From the NCBI GenBank assembly GCA_037134475.1, contig JBAXMD010000001.1, forward strand, positions 1-50,168: a stretch of DNA of 50,168 nt, given 5' to 3'. Below are positions 27,915-41,947 of the stretch, piece after piece. The stretch is from Verrucomicrobiota bacterium. GTDB taxonomy: Bacteria > Verrucomicrobiota > Verrucomicrobiia > Opitutales > UBA953. The notes beneath the pieces were generated by a model, which saw only the letters and a list, made by a program, of their open reading frames with translations, was not told the origin of the DNA and searched no databases. Numbering within the stretch: position 1 is the first letter of the stretch; every line of letters starts with the position of its first letter. The position numbers and the translations under genes are program-made.

Positions 27915-28292
27915 ATGAGCAACATCACCAAAGACCAAGTCATCGAGTGGCTCAGCGCCCAGTCCGTTCTGGACATCGCTAACCTCGTCAAAGACCTCGA
28001 GACCAAGTGGGGCGTTTCCGCCGCCGCTCCTGTCGTCGTCGCCGTCGCTGGCGCCGCCGCTGCCGCTCCTGCCGAAGAGAAGACGACGTTTGACGTCATC
28101 CTCAAGGCCAAGGGCGCTACCCCGATCAATGTCATTAAGGAAGTCCGCGCCATCACTGGCCTGGGCCTCAAGGAAGCCAAGGACCTCGTCGACACCGCCC
28201 CCAAGCCCGTCAAGGAAGGCGTGTCCAAGGACGAAGCCAAGGATATCGAGACCAAGCTCAAGGCCGCCGGGGCCGAGGTCGAAGTCAAGTAA
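27915..28292 (+). CDS. rplL: 50S ribosomal protein L7/L12
   Basis: Ala-rich hinge, and the C-terminal domain [21 protein letters not shown]......KEGVSK.EA..I...L...GA.VE.K. Confidence 0.97.
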   Translation: MSNITKDQVIEWLSAQSVLDIANLVKDLETKWGVSAAAPVVVAVAGAAAAAPAEEKTTFDVILKAKGATPINVIKEVRAITGLGLKEAKDLVDTAPKPVKEGVSKDEAKDIETKLKAAGAEVEVK

Positions 28293-28317
28293 TCCGTCCT
28301 CCGACGCATCTCTGCAA

Positions 28318-28367
28318 AGCGGGGAGGGTAGCACCCTCCCGGGTCCGGCGACCCCTCCCCGCTTTTT
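28318..28367 (+). terminator. rplL-rpoB intergenic attenuator/terminator with competing hairpins
   Basis: AGCGGGGAGGG (28318-28328) can pair locally with CCCTCCC (28334-28340), or distally with CCCCTCCCCGCT (28352-28363) followed by TTTTT (28363-28367). Confidence 0.55.
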
Positions 28368-28457
28368 CTTCCCAACGGCCGCCCAGTCCGACCCAACCAG
28401 GCAAAACAGTCAGCACCACCGAAACAACCCGACACTCCGAGCCCACCTTCACCAGCC

Positions 28458-32258
<3,801 letters not shown>

Positions 32259-32293
32259 GCGTCCGACGTAACCACACCCAGACCTTAACAGAC

Positions 32294-35200
32294 ATGATTC
32301 ACCCGGAGCACACCCCCGAGTTCACCGCCAACGAAACGAAGGAACAGTCCTTCGATTTCGTCTCCATCTCGATCGCCTCTCCCGAGGAGATCGTCCAGTG
32401 GACCGGCGAACAGTTCCTCGACGAACTCGACGAACACGGCAACCGCAAGGTCAAGGGCCTCAAGGAAGTAAAGAGCCCTGAGACCATCAACTACCGCTCG
32501 TTCAAGCCTGAGCCGAACGGCCTCTTCTGCCAGCGCATCTTCGGCCCGGTCCGCGACTACGAATGCTACTGCGGCAAGTACAAGAAGGTGAAATATAAGG
32601 ATGTCGTCTGCGATAAGTGCGGCGTCGAAGTCACTGTCTCCCGCGTCCGTCGCGAACGCATGGGCTACATCCGCCTCGCTATTCCCGTCTCCCATATCTG
32701 GTTCCTGAAGAGCATGCCCAGCCGTCTGTCGCTGATGCTCGATATGACCACCCGCCAGCTCGAACAGGTCATCTACTACCAGAAGTACCTGGTCGTCGAC
32801 CCGGGCGCCACCGGTATGGAAGAAAAGGAACTCCTCGACGAGGAATCCTACCGCCGCGCCGTCGAACAGCACGGCCCTGACGCTTTCAAGGCCCGCATGG
32901 GCGCCGAAGCCCTCCAGCAGCTTCTGAAGAAGATGGACCTCGCCTCCACGGTCGAGAATCTCCGCGATCAGCTTCGCTCCACGCGCTCCAAGCAGATCAA
33001 GAAGAAGATCGCTCGTCGCATGAAGATCATCCAGGGCTTCCTCGCATCCGGCAAGCGCCCCGAGCACATGATCCTGACGGTGCTCCCGGTCATCCCTCCG
33101 GACCTCCGTCCGCTCGTCCCCCTCGAAGGCGGCCGCTTCGCCACCTCCGACTTGAACGACTTGTACCGTCGCGTCATCAATCGCAACAACCGCCTGAAGC
33201 AGCTCATCCAGATGAAGACGCCTGACGTCATCATCCATAATGAGATGCGCATGCTCCAGGAAGCCGTCGACGCTCTCCTGGATAACGGACGCCACGGCAA
33301 GCCGGTCAAGGATCGCGACCGTCAGCTGAAGTCCATCTCGGACATGCTGAAGGGTAAGCATGGCCGTTTCCGCCAGAATCTCCTCGGTAAGCGCGTCGAC
33401 TACTCCGGCCGCTCCGTCATCGTCATCGGTCCTGAGCTCAAGCTCAACCAGTGCGGTCTCCCGAAGAAGATGGCCCTCGTCCTTTTCGAGCCGTTCATCA
33501 TCCGCCGCCTGAAGGAACTGGGCTTCGCCCACACCGTCCGCGGTGCCCGCAAGCACATCGAGCAGAAGAAGCCCGAAGTCTGGGATATCCTTGAAGAAGT
33601 GACCAAGGGTCACCCGGTGTTCCTCAACCGCGCTCCGACGCTCCACCGTCTGTCCATCCAGGCCTTCGAGCCCATCCTCATCGAGGGTGATGCGATCCGC
33701 CTCCATCCGCTCGTTTGCACCGCTTACAACGCGGACTTCGACGGTGACCAGATGGCCGTGCACGTCCCGCTGTCCCTGGAAGCCATCATGGAGTGCAAGC
33801 TCCTGATGATGTCCACGAACAACATCTTCTCGCCGTCCAGCGGTAAGCCGATTCTCACGCCGTCCCAGGACATCGTGCTCGGCGCCTACTACCTGACGCT
33901 CGAACCCGCCGACAAGCCGGCGGCCAACACCCACCTACCGGTGCTGGGCTCCGTGTCCGAGGCGACGTTCGCCGAAGCCGAAGGCTCGCTCCACCTGCAT
34001 GACTGGGTCCGTTTCGCCAACCCTGACTTCAACCGCAAGACGGTCCACGGCGAAGCCACCGGCAGCACGATCGTCACCACGGTCGGCCGCATCATCTTCA
34101 ACACCATCTGGCCTTCCGAGCTCGGCTTCTTCAACGAGACCGTGAAGAAGGGCCAGCTCGGCGACCTGATCCTGAAGACCTACAAGCATTGCGGCCGTGA
34201 GGCTTCGATCCCGGTCCTCGACGCGCTTAAGGAGACCGGCTTCCGCATCGCGACCAAGGCCGGCATCTCCATCGGCGTGAGCGACATGATCTACCCGAAG
34301 GAAAAGGAAGGCCTTGTCCGCGAAGCCACCGCCAAGGTTCGCGAATTCCAGCGCCAGAACGAATCCGGTACGATCACCAACGACGAACGCCGTAATAAGG
34401 TCGTCGACACCTGGTCTGGTGCCACCGACGCCATCGCGCAGTCGGTGTACACGACGCTCTCGCAGTCCGCGAAGGTGGCTGGCGTAAGGAAGGGCGACCC
34501 TCGCCATTCCCACCGCATGCTCATCAACCCGGTGTACGTCCTCATGGACTCCGGCGCGCGTGGTAACAAGGCCCAGGTGAAGCAGCTTTGCGGCGCCCGA
34601 GGCCTGATGGCCAAGCCTTCTGGCGAAATCATCGAACGCCCGATTCTCTCATCCTTCCGCGAAGGCCTCTCGGTCCTCGAGTACTTCATCTCGACGCACG
34701 GCGCCCGTAAGGGTCTGTCCGATACCGCGCTGAAGACTGCCGACGCGGGTTACATGACCCGAAAGCTTTGCGACGTCGCCATGGATGTCATCGTCACGGA
34801 CTCCCGTGACGTGGCCCCTGGCTCCGAAGTCGTCACGCTCGGCGACGCCGCCCTCGGCCGTCACCTGGCTGCCGATGTCCCCAATCCGTCCGGAGCCGCC
34901 AAGGCCCTCGCTAAGTCGGAAGCTCCTCTCACCGAAGAGCTGATCGCTAAGCTCCGCGACGCTGGCGTCGACCGCGTCCACGTCCATATCCCGAACGGCG
35001 TCTGGAAGACCCCGATCTACGACGGCGACGAACTTCTCGTTTCCCTCTCGGATCGCATCGTCGGCCGATGCCCGTCCGAAGACGTCACGAACCCCCTCAA
35101 TCCTTCCGAAGTGATCGTGAAGGCCGGTGAACTCATCGACGAAATCGCTGCTAAGCGCATCGAGACCGTCGGTCTCGACCGCGTGAAGGTTCTCTCTCCG

Positions 35201-36628
35201 CTCACTCACATGAACGTGAACGCGATTCCGCCCACCTCCTACGGCCTCGATCCTTCGACCGGCCGCATGGTCGAACGCGGTACCGCGGTCGGTATCATCG
35301 CCGCCCAGTCCATTGGTGAACCAGGCACTCAGCTGACCATGCGTACGTTCCACATCGGTGGCGTCGCTCAGCTGAAGACCCCGGAAATCAAGTCTAAGGG
35401 CAAGGGACTCGTCCAGTACGTCGACCTCACCACGGTCGTCGTCGGAGATAAGTTCATCGCCGTGAACGGCAACGGCTCCATCCGCCTCCTCAACGAGGCC
35501 GGCTCTCCGGTTGAGGAATACCGTATCGTCGCTGGCTCCGTCGTCGGCGTCGAAGACGGCAAGCCCGTCGACAAGGGCGTCCTCATCGCTGCTTGGGATC
35601 CGAACTCCACTCCGATCATCGCCAACGGCGACGGTAAGATCCGCCTGGTCGACATGATCTCCGGCGTGACCTTCACCGAAGAGCGCGACCCGTCGAACAA
35701 CACGTTCTACAAGTCCGTCATCGAGCACTCCGACGAACAGAATCCTCAGATTCAGATCATCGGCGCCAATGGCAAGGAAGTCGGTTCCTTCTCAATCCCT
35801 GCCGGTGCCCGCGTCGAAGTGGACGAAGGCGACAAGGTCAGCCGCGGCTCCATCGTCGCCAAGATCCCCCGCCAGGCCGCTAAGACGCAGGATATCACCG
35901 CCGGTCTGCCGCGCATCTCCGAGCTCTTCGAGGCCCGTCCTCCGAAGGATGCTGCCGAGATCGCCAAGATTGACGGTACGGTCCGTTTTGAGCCTTCCAT
36001 CCGCGGCAAGAAGCGTCTCGTTATCGCCGACTCCATCGGTCGCGAAGAGGAGCACCTCATCCCGCACGGTAAGCACATCATTGTCGCCGCCGGCGACAAG
36101 GTGAAGCAGGGCCAGGTCCTCACCGACGGCGCCGTCGACCCGCACGATATCCTCGACATCCTGGGCCAGTCCAAGGTGCAGGATTACCTCATCACCGAAA
36201 TTCAGAAGGTGTACCGTACTCAGGGCGTCGTGATTAACGACAAGCACATCGAAATCATCGTCTCGCGCATGCTCCGCAAGGTTCGCATCACCGAGCCGGG
36301 CGATTCCGATTACCTCTGGGGCGAACAGGTCGACCGCACTCTCCTCGCGGAGAATAACCGCTCCATCAACGAGCGCGGCGGTCAGATCGCCGAGTCTGAG
36401 CCGATCCTTCTTGGCATCACCAAGGCCTCCCTCGAGACCGAGTCCTTCATCTCGGCCGCCTCCTTCCAGGAGACGACCCGAGTCCTGACCGACGCCGCCA
36501 CGATGGCCAAGCGCGATAACCTGACTGGCTTCAAGGAGAACGTGATCATGGGTCACCTCGTCCCCGCCGGCACAGGATTGCCTGCATATCGTCGCATTCG
36601 CGTCTTCCAGACCCCGACTCCTGCTTAA
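32294..36628 (+). CDS. rpoC: DNA-directed RNA polymerase subunit beta'
   Basis: 1444 aa. Zn-binding CYCGKY....VCDKCGVEV, catalytic [12 protein letters not shown], and trigger-loop and clamp regions. Confidence 0.98.
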   Translation: MIHPEHTPEFTANETKEQSFDFVSISIASPEEIVQWTGEQFLDELDEHGNRKVKGLKEVKSPETINYRSFKPEPNGLFCQRIFGPVRDYECYCGKYKKVKYKDVVCDKCGVEVTVSRVRRERMGYIRLAIPVSHIWFLKSMPSRLSLMLDMTTRQLEQVIYYQKYLVVDPGATGMEEKELLDEESYRRAVEQHGPDAFKARMGAEALQQLLKKMDLASTVENLRDQLRSTRSKQIKKKIARRMKIIQGFLASGKRPEHMILTVLPVIPPDLRPLVPLEGGRFATSDLNDLYRRVINRNNRLKQLIQMKTPDVIIHNEMRMLQEAVDALLDNGRHGKPVKDRDRQLKSISDMLKGKHGRFRQNLLGKRVDYSGRSVIVIGPELKLNQCGLPKKMALVLFEPFIIRRLKELGFAHTVRGARKHIEQKKPEVWDILEEVTKGHPVFLNRAPTLHRLSIQAFEPILIEGDAIRLHPLVCTAYNADFDGDQMAVHVPLSLEAIMECKLLMMSTNNIFSPSSGKPILTPSQDIVLGAYYLTLEPADKPAANTHLPVLGSVSEATFAEAEGSLHLHDWVRFANPDFNRKTVHGEATGSTIVTTVGRIIFNTIWPSELGFFNETVKKGQLGDLILKTYKHCGREASIPVLDALKETGFRIATKAGISIGVSDMIYPKEKEGLVREATAKVREFQRQNESGTITNDERRNKVVDTWSGATDAIAQSVYTTLSQSAKVAGVRKGDPRHSHRMLINPVYVLMDSGARGNKAQVKQLCGARGLMAKPSGEIIERPILSSFREGLSVLEYFISTHGARKGLSDTALKTADAGYMTRKLCDVAMDVIVTDSRDVAPGSEVVTLGDAALGRHLAADVPNPSGAAKALAKSEAPLTEELIAKLRDAGVDRVHVHIPNGVWKTPIYDGDELLVSLSDRIVGRCPSEDVTNPLNPSEVIVKAGELIDEIAAKRIETVGLDRVKVLSPLTHMNVNAIPPTSYGLDPSTGRMVERGTAVGIIAAQSIGEPGTQLTMRTFHIGGVAQLKTPEIKSKGKGLVQYVDLTTVVVGDKFIAVNGNGSIRLLNEAGSPVEEYRIVAGSVVGVEDGKPVDKGVLIAAWDPNSTPIIANGDGKIRLVDMISGVTFTEERDPSNNTFYKSVIEHSDEQNPQIQIIGANGKEVGSFSIPAGARVEVDEGDKVSRGSIVAKIPRQAAKTQDITAGLPRISELFEARPPKDAAEIAKIDGTVRFEPSIRGKKRLVIADSIGREEEHLIPHGKHIIVAAGDKVKQGQVLTDGAVDPHDILDILGQSKVQDYLITEIQKVYRTQGVVINDKHIEIIVSRMLRKVRITEPGDSDYLWGEQVDRTLLAENNRSINERGGQIAESEPILLGITKASLETESFISAASFQETTRVLTDAATMAKRDNLTGFKENVIMGHLVPAGTGLPAYRRIRVFQTPTPA

Positions 36629-36653
36629 GCGGAGCGTAGAGGATGGTCATCAG

Positions 36654-36684
36654 CCCCCGCCCGAAAGGGTGGGGGTTTTGTTTT
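36654..36684 (+). terminator. Rho-independent terminator after rpoC
   Basis: CCCCCGCCC-GAAA-GGGTGGGGG stem-loop with a GNRA-like loop and one G-U pair, followed by TTTTGTTTT. Confidence 0.75.
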
Positions 36685-36761
36685 GGCGGGGTTCCGGGCG
36701 GTTTGGGGGTTGATACCCCTTCCTGTTTTGCCTAATTCAGAATGAACCCAAAGACACCCCT

Positions 36762-38006
36762 ATGTCCCGCTTCCTCATCGCTGCCTCGGCCCTCACCGTT
36801 TCCGCCTTGGTCCAAGGTGCCAACTGGATCCCTACCTCGCCTCTCATCCAGGTGGGTAACGACTGCGACATCTACTTCGACTCTGCGGCCAGCCTCGAAG
36901 TCACCGACAATCTTTATTCCAGCTCCACCAAGACGTCCGCCACGAGCTGGATGGTCACTCCTGGTTTCCTCCTCGAGTACGGCAAGGACTCGGCTCTTTC
37001 CGCTACAGTCTCGGCCAAGCGCACTTTCGTGAACTTCACGGACAAGGCTCTTTCTGACCTGCAGGACTCCCGTGACGCACTTTCCCTCGGTATCCGCTTC
37101 GCCGACGGCGGCCCGCTGACGCTTTCCCTGGATTCGTCCTACCGCGTCACCGCCCGTAACGACGACCTGCAGATGCAGGGACTCGGTGGCATCCTGGGTG
37201 CGACCCTTGTCCGTCAGGCCAACTACTCCCACGCATTCCGCGCCGACTACAAGCTGACCGAGAAGCTCAGCGTCGGGCTCGGCTACTCGAATTCCTACAA
37301 CCATTACCTCGACCCGGTGAAGACCGGCAACTCGGGCAGCTACCTCTACAATACGAATACCCTGACGGAGTTGAACACGAAGTCCATGCCGCTCAGCTTC
37401 GATTACCAGGCCTTCGAGAAACTCAGCTTCGGCCTCGCCCTGCAGCATGACGTGACGGATTACTCCGCGGCCCCTTACTACAGCCAGGCTGGCACGCCTC
37501 GCCCGGCGCTCACCTACAAGCAGCTCGTGAAGGATTTCGCCGGCCTCACCGCCAAGGGTCAGCTCACCGAATCCGGCAAGCTCAACGGCAACGTCCGCGT
37601 CGGCTACTCGCAGTTCCACTACGACAGCGCCGCCAACGATTCGGACCTCTCCTACTCGGTCAACCTCAGCCACACGCTCACCGAGCGCCTCAGCCACTCG
37701 CTGACGCTTTCCCGCGACGTCTCCGCTTCTTCGACGAACAGCCAGATGGCCTCGAAGAACTACACCTACGGTATCGCCTATAATGCCTCCGAGGATCTTA
37801 ACCTCAACTTCTCGGTCACGAAGAGCGACGTCCATGCGAGCACCAGTCAGGTCAACACCTACGCTTATACCTTGGGCGCCGACTACAAGTACTCGAAGCA
37901 CCTGAGCTTCCAGGCAAGCTACAGCCTGAACGACTCGACTGCCTCCTCCGCGGCTTCGACCTACACCTCGAACGCCTTCACGCTTTCCGCGGCTTTCCGC
38001 TACTGA
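36762..38006 (+). CDS. Outer-membrane beta-barrel protein, likely associated with polysaccharide export (BBP2/OmpL-like guess)
   Basis: Signal peptide MSRFLIAASALTVSALVQG, alternating amphipathic strands rich in Y/S/T/N/D, and a terminal ...LSAAFRY aromatic C-terminus. Sits immediately upstream of the Wza/Wzc-like genes. Confidence 0.6.
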   Translation: MSRFLIAASALTVSALVQGANWIPTSPLIQVGNDCDIYFDSAASLEVTDNLYSSSTKTSATSWMVTPGFLLEYGKDSALSATVSAKRTFVNFTDKALSDLQDSRDALSLGIRFADGGPLTLSLDSSYRVTARNDDLQMQGLGGILGATLVRQANYSHAFRADYKLTEKLSVGLGYSNSYNHYLDPVKTGNSGSYLYNTNTLTELNTKSMPLSFDYQAFEKLSFGLALQHDVTDYSAAPYYSQAGTPRPALTYKQLVKDFAGLTAKGQLTESGKLNGNVRVGYSQFHYDSAANDSDLSYSVNLSHTLTERLSHSLTLSRDVSASSTNSQMASKNYTYGIAYNASEDLNLNFSVTKSDVHASTSQVNTYAYTLGADYKYSKHLSFQASYSLNDSTASSAASTYTSNAFTLSAAFRY

Positions 38007-38076
38007 GGCCTAGGTCTCGGCGTGCGGTCGAGCAGGACCGGTTGACCGGCAGGCCCGGTCTCCCTATTTTACTTCT

Positions 38077-38877
38077 ATGTCTTCCGTCTTGAAAAGCCTG
38101 CTCGGCGCTTTTTGTGCCGTCGTCCTGCTTACCGCGTGTGCTTCTTCCGGCTCCGCGCCAGTCAGCTCCGCCGCATTCGAGCCTGAGAATGTCCTCACCC
38201 TCGGCCGGGGGGCTTCCGATCCGTCCGCGCTACCTGCCCCCGTCGCGGCCTCTCCGGCTCCGGCTCCGGCTGCCGTTGATGCCTCCGCCAGTGTGCCTGT
38301 CGCCGTCGCCGCGCCGCCTGCGCCCGCTGATTACGTCGTGGCGACCCCGACGACGCAGGCCGATCCGGCTGGCAGTCAAACTAGCTACCGCCTCCGCGCC
38401 CGCGATTTCATCCGCGTCCTGGTCATTAACGAACCTGACACGCAGATTGAGCGCCGAATCAACTCCGACGGCACGGTGGACATCCCTTTCCTGAAGAAAC
38501 TGGTGCCCGTGGCTGGCCTCACGCTCACGCAGGCCCAGGTGGAGCTATCGAACCAGTTCCGGACCTACTTCAAGAAGCCCCAAGTCACGATCTCGATCGT
38601 CACCTACGCCGAGCGTCGCGTCTATGTCTCCGGGTATGTCGGCCGGCCCGGTCCGGTATCCATCCCGCCCGAAGAGACGCTCACTCTCGGCCGGGCCCTC
38701 TCCATGGCTGGCGGAGTCCTGCCGCGCGGCAATCGTTCAGACGTGGCGATCAAGCGCAGTCGCGAAGGCTCCACGTCTGTGATCTCGAAGGACGTCCGTC
38801 GTATCGACGATGGCGATGAACCTGACTTCATCTTGGAGGATGAAGACCAGATTTACGTCCGCGACAGCCGCATCTGA
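38077..38877 (+). CDS. Polysaccharide export lipoprotein, Wza-like (Poly_export plus SLBB)
   Basis: Lipobox LLTAC. YRLRARDFIRVLV......I....I.SDGTVDIPFL..V.VAGLT..Q....L, followed by the SLBB-like V.VSGYVGRPG...I......TL..AL..AGG. Confidence 0.8.
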   Translation: MSSVLKSLLGAFCAVVLLTACASSGSAPVSSAAFEPENVLTLGRGASDPSALPAPVAASPAPAPAAVDASASVPVAVAAPPAPADYVVATPTTQADPAGSQTSYRLRARDFIRVLVINEPDTQIERRINSDGTVDIPFLKKLVPVAGLTLTQAQVELSNQFRTYFKKPQVTISIVTYAERRVYVSGYVGRPGPVSIPPEETLTLGRALSMAGGVLPRGNRSDVAIKRSREGSTSVISKDVRRIDDGDEPDFILEDEDQIYVRDSRI

Positions 38878-38886
38878 TCCCTTCCC

Positions 38887-41160
38887 ATGCCCAATCCGGA
38901 CCCCTCGTCTGACAATCGCCCGCCCGAGCCTGCTCGCGGCGGCAACCGCGGTTACGGCTCATACGGAGGCTACGGGCAGGGCTATGGAGCCTACGGTGCC
39001 TACGGAGCCTACGGTGCCTACAATCGCGGTGGAGCCGGGGAGGGCAATCCGATCCAGAACTACCTACTGATGCTCCGTGAGCGTTACTGGTGGATCCTGC
39101 TCTCGACCCTCGTCTTCCTCACGCTGGCCCTTCTTAACACCTATAACACCGTCCCGGAATACCGCGCGACCGGCCGCCTCCAGGTGTTCCGACTCGCTCC
39201 AACCATCAACGGTGGCTCCTCCGCCGTCGACGATAACTTCAAGATCGTCTCGAACGACGACTTCTTCACCGCCGTCGAGGTGATGCGTAGCGCCAACATC
39301 ATCGAAGGCGTCTCGAAGCGCCTCACCGCGGCGGAAAGGAAGCACGTCCTCGAGCCGTATCAGGCCGGTAACATTTTCTCGGGGCCGCTTACGGAACAAG
39401 AAGTCTTCGCCAAGCAGCGCGGCATCAACCCGCAGCGCCAGACGCTGGTGATCAACGTCGACTTCACCCACCCTAACCGGGACCTCTCCCGACAGGTCGC
39501 CAAGCTCTTCTGCGAATCTATCCAGAAATACAGCGAGGATTACCGCCTGACCGTGACCAATCCGCTCATCGAGAAGGCCCGCATCGAGATCGAGACGCTC
39601 GAGGACAAGGTCCGCCGCCTCTACGAGCAGAAGAACGAGCTGATCAAAAGCCAGAAGCTGCTCTCCATCGCCAAGGACACCAACACCTTGACCACGGAAC
39701 GCTCCGTGCTCGTGAAGGACCGCGAGGAGACCCGCAAGCAGATCGACGAGAACGAGATCCTGGTCTCGGTCATCGCCAGCTACGAGAAGGAGAATCGCCC
39801 CCTCGGCGACATCCCGCAGATCCGCGCCGACAGCGACGTCGCCGCCGCCCAGACTGCCATCAGCGCTTCTAAGATTCGCATCAGCCAGATGACGGAGACT
39901 TACACCGACCAACACCCGAAGCTTGTCGCCGAACGCGAGGCCCTGAAGCAGCTTGACCACCAACTGAAGGAGGCCGTCAGCCAGTCGATCAAGTCCCGTC
40001 GTAGCTCGCTCGAGAACGCTAAGGCCCGCCACGAGGCAATCCTGCGCAACCTGCTCTCCAAGGAAGAGGAAATCTCGAAGCTACAGGCCGCTAACGTCGA
40101 GCTCGAACGCGTCGACAAGGACGTCAAGGCGAGTGAGGAATTCCTTAGCCGGATGAAGTCAAGTTACGAGGATGCGAAGCTCCGCTCTTCGACCTCGGGC
40201 ACGAGCACTTCCGTCCGTATTATCGATGCGCCCTCCGTCTCAGATAAGCCGATCAACAAGAACTACTACTTCAACGCGATGGTCGGCCTCGGCTCCGGTA
40301 TGCTCTTCGGCATCGTGCTCATCGTCGTCATCGGCACCTTGGACACCCGTATCAAGTCCGCTAAAGACGTGGAAGGCTCCCTGGGCCTTGCGCTCATTGG
40401 TACCGTGCCCCGCGTCGCCAACACTTCCGGCCCGGATCGGGCCCTTCTGGCTCGTCAGGATAAGGACCGCATCGCCACGGAAGCGATCCGCTCCATCTAC
40501 TCCGCCCTGAAGGTCAATCCGGCCGTCTCCAAGGCCCGTGTCTTCCTGGTGACTTCCACTCGCCCCAGCGAAGGGAAGACCTTCGTCGCGACGAACCTCG
40601 CGCTGATCTTCGCCCAGCATTCCGAGCGGGTGCTCGTTATCGACGCCGACCTTCGCCTCCCCAACGTCGGTCCTTCCTTGGGCTTCACCGGTGACGGTGG
40701 CTTGAGTAAGTGGTTCAACGGCGAGATGACCCTTGATGAGGCGATCGTCCACGACGTCTCTCCCGGCCTTGATGTGTTGCCGGTCGGCCTGAGCTGCAAG
40801 AACCCGACCCAAGTCATCAACAACCCTAAGTTCCTCGCGATGATCGACGGACTGCGCGAGCGTTACGACCGTATCTTCATCGACTCGCCGCCCATCGGCG
40901 CGGTCTCCGATGCGCTCCACCTCCTTCCGAAGGTCGATGGCGTCCTCTACGTCGTCCGTTATAACATGGTCAACCTGCGTAATGCGACCTCCTGTCTGGC
41001 TCGGCTACGCGAGGCCCAGGCTCCGCTGCTCGGCGTCGTGCTCAACGCGATGTCGCTCCGCATGGCTTCCGATTATACGGACAGCTACGACTCCTCTTAC
41101 CGGAAGTATTACGTCGACGAACCCAGTGGCCAAGCTGGTCCGGGTTCGAAGAAAACCTAA
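38887..41160 (+). CDS. Polysaccharide co-polymerase / bacterial tyrosine autokinase (Wzc/GumC/EpsG-like)
   Basis: Wzz-type N-terminal TM, a long coiled periplasmic region and a second TM. Kinase domain with Walker A TSTRPSEGKTF, A' VLVIDADLR and B IFIDSPP, and a C-terminal Tyr cluster DYTDSYDSSYRKYY. Confidence 0.85.
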   Translation: MPNPDPSSDNRPPEPARGGNRGYGSYGGYGQGYGAYGAYGAYGAYNRGGAGEGNPIQNYLLMLRERYWWILLSTLVFLTLALLNTYNTVPEYRATGRLQVFRLAPTINGGSSAVDDNFKIVSNDDFFTAVEVMRSANIIEGVSKRLTAAERKHVLEPYQAGNIFSGPLTEQEVFAKQRGINPQRQTLVINVDFTHPNRDLSRQVAKLFCESIQKYSEDYRLTVTNPLIEKARIEIETLEDKVRRLYEQKNELIKSQKLLSIAKDTNTLTTERSVLVKDREETRKQIDENEILVSVIASYEKENRPLGDIPQIRADSDVAAAQTAISASKIRISQMTETYTDQHPKLVAEREALKQLDHQLKEAVSQSIKSRRSSLENAKARHEAILRNLLSKEEEISKLQAANVELERVDKDVKASEEFLSRMKSSYEDAKLRSSTSGTSTSVRIIDAPSVSDKPINKNYYFNAMVGLGSGMLFGIVLIVVIGTLDTRIKSAKDVEGSLGLALIGTVPRVANTSGPDRALLARQDKDRIATEAIRSIYSALKVNPAVSKARVFLVTSTRPSEGKTFVATNLALIFAQHSERVLVIDADLRLPNVGPSLGFTGDGGLSKWFNGEMTLDEAIVHDVSPGLDVLPVGLSCKNPTQVINNPKFLAMIDGLRERYDRIFIDSPPIGAVSDALHLLPKVDGVLYVVRYNMVNLRNATSCLARLREAQAPLLGVVLNAMSLRMASDYTDSYDSSYRKYYVDEPSGQAGPGSKKT
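38986..39021 (+). repeat. Perfect 18-bp x2 tandem repeat (GGAGCCTACGGTGCCTAC) encoding GAYGAYGAYGAY in the Wzc-like N-terminus
   Basis: Read directly: 38986-39003 is identical to 39004-39021. Each unit is itself a degenerate 9-bp GGWGCCTAC doublet. Confidence 0.85.
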
Positions 41161-41167
41161 TTTACCC

Positions 41168-41941
41168 ATGCGTCCGCTCATCCTCATCCTGTCTGCTCTC
41201 GCTATCGTTGGCTGTCAGAACGTGCCGATCACGGGCCGTTCCCAGTTCATCCTCGTCGACGAATCCGAAGTCGCCTCGATGTCCGCCTCGGAATTCTCGA
41301 AGATGAAGAAGCTCCCCGGCGATAAGCGCTTGGCCAAGGTTAAGGAGATCGGGTTGAAGATCGTCGCCGCGGCCCGTCGTGACGACAAGGCCGGCGTCTT
41401 GCCGCCATCCTCGAAGTGGGAGTTCGCCATCATTGACGATAAGACGCCCAACGCGTTTGCCATGCCAGGAGGTAAAATCGGTTTCAATTCAGGCATGTTC
41501 CAGTATGCGCCCACGGATGATGATATCGCGGTGATTATCGGCCATGAGGTCTCTCACGTTATTTGCCGACATGGCTCCGAGCGCGTCTCGCAGGCGATGG
41601 GCGTCGCGATTGCCGCCGCGGTCGCCGATGAAGCCACCAAGAATTCTTCGGCCAAGACCCGTTCCTCCTGGATGGCGGCCGTGGGGATCGGCGCCCAGTA
41701 TGGCATCCTGCTTCCGTTCAGCCGCAGCCATGAATCTGAAGCCGACCATCTCGGCCTGCTGTTCATGGCTCGCTCCGGCTATAATCCTGCCGCGGCTCCG
41801 CTCTTCTGGGAGCGCTTCTCTAAGATCGGCGGCGCCCGTCCTCCGGAATTCCTTTCGACCCATCCGGCCGACAGCACCCGCGTGAAGCAGCTCCAAGGCT
41901 GGTTGCCGGAGGCCCGGGCTCAGATGCCGAAACAGCCGTAA
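41168..41941 (+). CDS. M48 family zinc metallopeptidase lipoprotein (YcaL/LoiP-like)
   Basis: Lipobox LAIVGC; NAFAMPGG motif; HEVSHVICRHGSER (HExxH); downstream E..ADHLG. The ATG at 41168 is 7 nt after the kinase stop. Confidence 0.8.
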   Translation: MRPLILILSALAIVGCQNVPITGRSQFILVDESEVASMSASEFSKMKKLPGDKRLAKVKEIGLKIVAAARRDDKAGVLPPSSKWEFAIIDDKTPNAFAMPGGKIGFNSGMFQYAPTDDDIAVIIGHEVSHVICRHGSERVSQAMGVAIAAAVADEATKNSSAKTRSSWMAAVGIGAQYGILLPFSRSHESEADHLGLLFMARSGYNPAAAPLFWERFSKIGGARPPEFLSTHPADSTRVKQLQGWLPEARAQMPKQP

Positions 41942-41947
41942 GGCTGC

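Noticed and set aside
27787-27915. 42-codon ATG ORF within the rplJ-rplL spacer.
   Set aside because: There is no recognisable motif. The composition is Arg/Pro/Gly/Thr-rich like random GC-rich frames, and it ends overlapping the rplL start. Most likely non-coding spacer.
38007-38076. Possible terminator between the OMP and wza-like genes (GACCGG...CCGGTC stems).
   Set aside because: Short 6-bp stems with a long loop and no clear U tract. The genes are probably co-transcribed.
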